The translations under genes and the position numbers were made by a program. The notes beneath the pieces are model-generated. The model made no database searches. It was not told where the DNA came from and saw only the letters and a list, made by a program, of their open reading frames with translations. A DNA stretch of 58,457 nucleotides, the filler included, from Sphacelaria rigidula (Eukaryota): assembly GCA_964200075.2 (NCBI GenBank). It is 4 parts of 4 records of this genome, joined end to end, with 100 filler letters (N's around TTAATTAATTAA, not from the genome) between each part and the next. Parts side by side here need not be neighbours in the genome. Positions count along the whole stretch, not along the records: positions 43,920 to 58,457 come from CAXNAA020002195.1; 3 more parts are not named here. One strand, written 5' to 3'. How positions within the stretch are numbered: position 1 is the first letter of the stretch; the number at the start of each line of letters is the position of its first letter. This document shows positions 51,270-58,457 of the stretch, piece by piece.

Positions 51270-54200
51270 CCACCCCTGGTGCTGGGCTGGGGTTGAGTGC
51301 CATGGAGGCATGGTGGGAGGACTGCTGCTAGCGGGCAATCAACTGCAGGGGCGATTGCCAGGGGCGGCAATGGCACAGCTAGCGGGACTGGCTGCCCTCG
51401 ATCTATCGAACAACGAGCTCGAAGGTGCTGGATGATCAGTGATGCTACTGTAGGGGTGCATAAATATTTTCTGATGTTAGAATTGTGAGACGCCCTTGAT
51501 CTCATTCAAAACACCACTTCTGAAAATATGTGAAAGTACGCCAGGATTACTACTCCAATGTGCTGGGGATATCCCGAATGAATTGGCAAACGGGGATGTC
51601 CTGACCCATATTCTTGTAAATCTACAATCTTTAGGAGCCCCTTAACTAGACAGTATTTCGCGAAAAAGGTGTACCCCTACCGTAGCATTGCTCTGAAGCA
51701 GTACCAATATTGCACCAGTTGTCATTCGAAAGTATGCGATTGTGTAACCCTTCTGTCAAGTGGCCAAAGGATGAAGTTTTGGACAACCTAGGAGCGCTAC
51801 GATCGTCGGTTACTTTGAGACCGAGGAGAGTATAGGGTGTGAACGATTCGATTCGGGTTGACCCTCGAAAATTCGAAATTCTTGGAATAGATCACGCTTG
51901 AGTCGAACCAAAGAAGACATCGATTCCTGCCCAACCGTTTGCGCCTGGGCCTCTGACAGGTCCCATTCCGTCTGAACTCGGAAAACTGGCAAACTTGCAG
52001 ACGCTCCGTTTGGCAGTTTCAAAGTTGGAGGGATCGATTCCTGACGCTATTGGCAATCTCACAGGTGAGACGCCGTACACTTGAGGAATCCTGGGCGCTA
52101 CGGAAGTCACATGTGCGCGGTTTACGAGTCCAGATAGGCGCATCGTAACGCAAGACACACTTGATTGAGCTCTTCTGCTCCGTAGGTGATGCATACTGTG
52201 GGAGACATCACACTATGCTCCTCTCTATAACCACTGACGACTCGCTGTCTACAGGGCTGCGGGAGTTAGATCTTTCCTGCGGGAGACTGTCAGGGCGCAT
52301 ACCCTCTTCCCTTGGCAACTGCAAAAAGCTGAGCGTCGTCAACCTCTCCCACAACAACTTGGAAGGTGGGCCGCTCAGGTGTAAGACAGCCCCTTTCAAT
52401 AGGGATCGAGAGCCACCCACCTATCTCGGAGACAAGAGCATGATCCCATGAGCTATGGAGACGACCGATCCTGTGGAGAAGGACATGGTTTGAGGTGCCA
52501 TGAACAGAGAGTTACATGCGGGAACATGAAGATCATGACCTGAGGTGCCACCAAAAAACTCAACCTACCGTTCTTGAGTTATTGAGTGGGCACTCTGAAT
52601 GTAGAACGTTTCGCGCTCTGCTGGAGGCAACAGTAGGCACAAGATAGTATCGGGTTCGTGTACGTACTCCCTTCCGCAGTCGATGATACTCACTTGGGGT
52701 GCCTCGGTACCGCAGTATTTCCTCAAACACCCCAGTTTTTCGATGCCCACAGTATCCTTTGCTTGAACGCTCAACCTTACGCAATCGGCGTGAGAATCAT
52801 ATGTTGGTTGTTTCAATTCGGTTGGTTGGTTGATTGTTCGATTGATGATGGTCGCAAATTATCGTACCCGCTATAAATCCAGCCGTGATCATCATTTTAA
52901 GTAAACCCACACTATTTTCACGAGCAAACATGTCGCACTCTACGGAATATGTGCTCCCCGCTCCGACACTAGGATGCGCAGATAGGTGTCAAGTCCGAAG
53001 GGTTTCGGCGTGTTTCTGACGTTGAAACAAGCTTCATCTACAAGGAAGAGCCCCCACGCCCCCATATTCGAGAGCCTGATCCGGCAAAAGCCCGGCATGC
53101 CCCGTCCCGGCTTTGTTGGAACGGACTCCCTGTGGGGTTGGCGCCGGTTGGCAGTGGAGCTGTAAAGCACGTCACTCACTGCATAAGCTAGGCAACAAGG
53201 TTACCGGGGTTCTTTGCGCGCTTGAATTTTTATTGCGGTAACCATGATGGTGGTCGAGCTAGATCATATTGTGCGAGGTGGACGAACCTCAACCCCGCGC
53301 AAAGGGAATTATCACACTACGTAGTGTTTGTCTGGTGAAACATCCATGGGGCAGTGTGGAAGCCTTGGCTGTATCTGGAAGTGGCGATACCAGGAAATGA
53401 AGCAACTCGTTGGAGGGCTTCATCTCAATTCAACATGATCAGTACGCTTCGGGCGGAACAATCTTTGCAGGACGCAGCTTACCCGTCATGCGACTCGCCG
53501 AACACATCACGGCGCTTCGCTCTGGGTGATTGACTGCGAGCCCAGTCGGGCGAAAACCCGGGGTGCTCCGTCCCGACTTTGTAGGGATGCGAGGTCAATG
53601 ACCACATGGCTATGGCATAAACAATCAGGAGTACACCCCTATATCAGAGAAAAGAATCATCAAGTGGGCAGAGGAAAATGAAGAGGTATCAAAACTGGAA
53701 GACAATGGCCTCGAAGGATTGCAGGGAGAGAGCTTACAAGAAGGGGAGTCAAGAAGTGTGCAGCTGAAGTCAATATCAGTGAGGCAGCAGGGTCAGACGA
53801 AATATTGAATGAATGCTTCGAGTATGGGAGAGAGAAAATGATTACCGTGATGGTTATGCTATTTACTCGAATTTGGAAAACGAGTACACACCCGAGAGGT
53901 GGAGAGAAGGAGCAGTCGTAGACCTTTTCAAGAAAGGAGATGGGCTTAACCCAGGGAACTACAGAGGGATAACGCTACAAAGCACTGTGGGGAAAATGTT
54001 CTGCACCATTCCGGACGATAGAGTCGGGACGATGCGAGAAAAAAAGCTGAAACCAGCGAGGGACAAGCAGGTTTAGACTAAACCGTAGCTGCGTAGACCA
54101 TGTGTACACAATCGGGAAGGTTATTTTGGGTAGAAGAGGCCCCGGGCGAACAGCTGATTATTTCTAGACATACATACGGCCTATGGCAGAGTATGGAAGA

Positions 54201-57163
54201 ATGGGCTACGAAAACATATATGGAAAACTGGGATCAGAGGGAAAATGAGGGGAATTTTGAAGGTGACAGAGTTTGCGCAAACTGCTAGGATGCTAAGTGG
54301 GAAAATATCGACATATTATGATATTTCACGAGAAGTTGCGCAAGGGTGTACGTTGCCACCCACGTTGTTCCAAGTGTTCATGTATGACCTGATGTTAAAC
54401 ATAGAAGCAGCAAGGCAAAGACTCGTGGGGAAAGACGCGGTATCGGGATTGATGTTCGTGAATGACTTCGTGGGGATTCTTAGAAGCACCAGAGGGATTG
54501 CAGCACAAAATAAAAACGGCGCTAGAATACACTAGGAAATCGATAGTGACGGCAAACGTGAACAAATGCGCGATACCTTGATGAATTTAAGATAAGGAGA
54601 AGTCGGTAGACGTCAAATAGAAGTGGGGAGGGGGGGAAATTGCCGACGGTAGACCAGTATACATACCGTGGTCGAGATATGTAAAAAAAAGTATTCTTGG
54701 GATGTACACATGAATAAAGTAATAGAACAGGGTGAGGCACAGATAGGCGAGATGGGCGCGATCCTAGGAGACTCGCACCTAGATACGAGGATTAAGAGAT
54801 GTATTCTATTGGATGTGATTGTACCAAACCTGGGATATGAAGGAGAAGTGTGGGAATGGAACGTAAAGTTGGTGAAGCAGCTGAGAGCAGTACAGACAGC
54901 AGCAGCAATGAAAATACTTGGATAAAACGACGAGTACAACAGTGTCGAGAGAATTGGGAATGTAGTCAGTGAAAGCAAATAGACATGATAAAATTGAAAT
55001 GACAACATCGTGTAAGGAGTATGCCAAGAAAGAGATCGCCAGACATACTATCAACAGGCCTTATCAAGTATGGTGGGATAGCGTAGTCGAGAAAGTGTGG
55101 AGGGACATAGGAAAGAACCAAGACGAGGTAGTGTTTGTAGGTGAATACGGGGGTACAAGACAAGAGAAACAGACGCGATAGAAAAAGGGGAGGAAGAAGC
55201 GCGAAGACAGGAAATGGGCGAGGTAGAGCACCTTCAGATACATGGGGGGCTGAGAGAGGGGATAGAGGTGGAAACATATCTGCACGCTCCAGAACTCTGC
55301 GAAAGAGTTGAAAGTGCGATTTGGGTGGGGGGCCTGAATCTGCCAGACAGAAGGAAGAGGTATACCAGTAGTCGAGTGGAGGAGGAAATAGATGCACAGA
55401 GCTGCCCCTGTGGCAAAGCAATCGGGAGTAGAAGCCATATATTGGCAGATTGTGGACTATACGAGGAGGAACGGTGCGTGTAAGAAGGAGAAATGTTGGG
55501 AGTATAAGAAGGGGCATAATATCGTTTGATGCATCAGACAGTAGACTGATGCCGAGATAGCCTCCCCACAAAAAGTGCACGGGAGACCGTCCGACAAACC
55601 GGCTGCGATCCCACTATTGGGCTCATTTGCAGCAATGCCGCCCACGTGAAAGGCTTGTAGCAGTCCGAAATCAGCTATAGCGCCCGAATAAGTCGTGTCG
55701 TGGAACACGAAACCAGCTCTAACGGCATTTATGATAATCGCCTCCGTGCACATTTTTGGTCGGTTTGGGGGGGGGCTATCTCGGCAGCAGTAAATAGCGA
55801 AAAAAACGACCGCAATACTAGGAGATAAATGGTGGCCACTGCCGGCGAACCTGGAAGGGGGTATGACATGTAAAATGTTTTGTGCAATGTATGGAAGAAC
55901 TGTAATGAGGGCCCAAATGTTGGAGGTGTCTATTAGGAGTAGGAAGGGTGCTCTGTCTCGAAAGGGATGCGTGGTCAAAGGTTACATTTCTTGTGCAAGC
56001 AACAATGAATACGCTCCATCCCCCTCCATGTATATGTACTGGCATACACAATCGCACACTTCCCTGCCCCCTGCGACTGCCTTTCCTACGTTGCCTATCG
56101 TAACCCACCTGTAGAACACATCCCAACAGAGATGGGCAATCTTCGTGGTGTACGGGAGCTATCACTTGGACATAACCGCCTGGTCGGCACTATTCCGGAC
56201 TCGTTCCAATCGTTGGTGCGCCTTCGAGCGCTCAACCTCTCATGCAACTTTCTCGAGGGTGAGCGAAAAAAACGTGGAGATTGGCCTGGATCAAGCGGCC
56301 ATGGTGGGATTCAAGTACGACAGTGAACTCCCCATCACAAGTATTGAGTACAAGGCAAAATCGGATGGTTTGGATTGTGACCGTTGGCGGAAATAGGTCA
56401 AGTCACGGGGCTGGATGTATGACGACACCGCAGCTCTGAGTGAACCAAACAAGTTAGACCCTAGAGTCATCGCAACAACGTCTTGGCCTCTGGCTCAGAA
56501 GAGAGCTGCTATCCTCCGTGCTGCACACCAGCGTGCTGGTGCCTCAAATGGCACGGGAAAATAGAACGTTACACATTGTGTTTAGCACGGCCGCCGCGTT
56601 GTCGAAATGCAGGAACATTGCCCTCATGGTTAGGACAGCTGACCGCTCTCCAGCGTCTGATACTCGACCACAATATCCTACACGGTCGTCTGCCTGAGAG
56701 CATCGCGCACCTCGTAAATCTTGAGGTGAGCGTAGCTTAACTTCTTCGTTCTTGTTGGTTAGATAGCACCATCGGCAATACTGCAGTTATTTGTCTTCCC
56801 TGTGGGGGCAGCCAGATCGCGAGCTATTGCGCCATGCAAGGGTAACTAATGCAATACTTGAAAGTAAGATGGCAGAACAGAGTTAAATGGTAAAGGACGC
56901 CATTTTTGTTGTGGAGTAACATGTTCGCAGACATATCGATACAAAAGGTATCAGATTAAAGCATTCCTTTTGTGTTGGTAATAACCAACACGAGACGATG
57001 TGAACATAAGCCAGTTTGCCTCCTACCCATATCCGCCCAATGTACTGTCGCGAAGAACAGGTGCTGCATCTTCAGATCAACCGGCTCTCCGGGAATGTCC
57101 TACGCAGTCTTGGAAGGTTGAATAATCTGAAAGTTATCAACCTGTCTCGCAACTACTTCGAAG
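51270..57163 (+). CDS. Leucine-rich repeat protein (plant-type 24-aa LRRs with N-terminal cap), partial, at least 6 exons
   Basis: Frame-consistent GT-AG exons: 51270-51424 (HPWCWAGVEC...LAGNQLQGRLP...LDLSNNELEG), 51960-52064 (GPIPSELGKLANLQTL...), 52255-52365, 56115-56258, 56613-56725 and 57061-57163. Consensus LxxLxLxxNxLxGxIPxxLGx. Start and stop exons were not identified. Confidence 0.88.
51438..51693. mobile_element. Intronic MITE, same family as 15716-15973
   Basis: agtgatgctactgtaggggtgca ... gtgtacccctaccgtagcattgctc, with the internal sequence also homologous. Confidence 0.8.
53630..55510 (+). pseudogene. Degenerate LINE reverse transcriptase inside the LRR gene intron
   Basis: PERWREGAVVDLFKKGD...GNYRGITL.STVGKMF, VAQGCTLPPTLF..FM.DL, LMFVNDFVG, and C-terminal CPCG...HILADC. 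Frameshifted. Confidence 0.85.
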
Positions 57164-58457
57164 GTGGGACCACTAAAAAACCATCGCTATCATCGTAGCT
57201 GTCAATTTACATCTGTTACGGTCGAAGGCTAGTATGGCTCCGAGCGATACGTGATCCTCCTCTCCAGAAGACTGAGTAAACTAGGAAGAGATCCGTTACT
57301 AGCTCAAAGGCCTCAAACTGACATCAGCTCATGCCTTGTTTTCGGTAGTGACAATGTCTGCTCAGCAGGCCAAGATTAATCGTACGTGCATGAAAACTCG
57401 ATATCGCGTACCCGACCTTTGCTACGCATGCTGTACTTCATTTACTTCATGAGAAGGGCTTGGTTTCAAACCTCATTGTAGGCAAAATGTTGAAGTTCAT
57501 TCTATAACGACTAACTCACGGTTTCCGACAAAGGCATTGCGAACAATCAGCGATTTCTCATCCCAACTTCTTATCTTGAGCCAATTGCACAGGAGCATCC
57601 TCTTTTCGCACCCATTGTTGCCAGCGAGCGCTTGCACCTTACACAGCCCAATCAGGGAACATGAATAAACTTTTGAAATGATATGCTGCGTGAAACTACC
57701 CTTCCTCGCTAGATACCCAGAGGCGAGGAGAGTGAAGAAGCTCCTTTCTTTTCCACGCCGATGACCTGCTCAAGTATCACCGTGTCATTCGAAGCAGCAC
57801 ACTCGCATACGCTGTGTTTATGATGATTTTATCCCTTGTTTACGCAGACTCGTTCGATATGTCGAGTCATATTCCGCAGGAGTCCTCAAATTTTGAGGCT
57901 TGATCATTATTCTACTACAGCAAGAGAGCCCCATGTCTGTCAGGTAATGATCGGAGGCCTCAAACTTTGCTCAACCAAGGAAAATAAAGGTAATGACCAC
58001 CGCTGGCTGGGAAGAATATCATGAACAAAACTGCCAGATCTAGAAAAACCTCTCAGTCAAGTTGACCAGGTGTCATTCGTGGACTGCTGAATCGAAGTAC
58101 AGATGCGCACTGTCTTGATACATATCAAATTTGACAGGGATTCACAAGAATCGACTGAATGCAGCGGCTACTGCACATAAACCGGAGAACGCCGCACTGA
58201 TTCCCAGAGTGGCCTGTAGATCACCCCCCCTCCCCCCCCATTGGAAATTGTGACCTTGGTATGACTGTTGTTTGAGTTTCAACAAGCGTACATGCCAGTC
58301 AAGATCCTGCTGTGGCCTTAGTAGATGAGTGTGGTGAAGCTACTTTCCGAAAGCGGGCACAACATTTGCCCCAAAAAGGCTGAGAGAAGAGGGGGGGGGG
58401 GTGCTCATTTGTTGCTTCCCTTAGTCGTTTGACCATTGACCACGCATCCCTTTCGAG

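Noticed and set aside
54966..55580. 204-aa minus-strand ORF
   Set aside because: Antisense to the purine-rich LINE remnant, with no recognisable domain.
57836..58170. Further LRR exons after 57163
   Set aside because: Candidate acceptors (~57880, ~58070) give no convincing LRR consensus in the required phase.

Overview
Repeat-rich eukaryotic genomic DNA with GT-AG introns, LINE/SINE/MITE remnants and microsatellites. The repeat landscape and LRR style suggest a brown alga or related stramenopile (inference only). The window is not contiguous: it is four ~14.54-kb contigs (1-14540, 14641-29180, 29281-43819, 43920-58457) joined by artificial 100-nt N/TTAATTAATTAA spacers. Two host genes are supported. 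One is a two-exon SPIRAL1/Jupiter-motif protein (37745-38967). The other is a partial multi-exon plant-type 24-aa LRR protein (51270-57163). The rest is mostly transposon debris: a decayed tyrosine-recombinase (Ngaro/DIRS-type) retrotransposon, LINE fragments, tRNA-derived SINEs, a probable decayed MULE transposase and several MITE/foldback families. The most unusual signal is a group of non-autonomous elements with CACA-starting TIRs and 8-bp TSDs. Each is filled with a different minisatellite; two of them share an identical 13-bp terminus. No CRISPR, rRNA or intact tRNA was seen.
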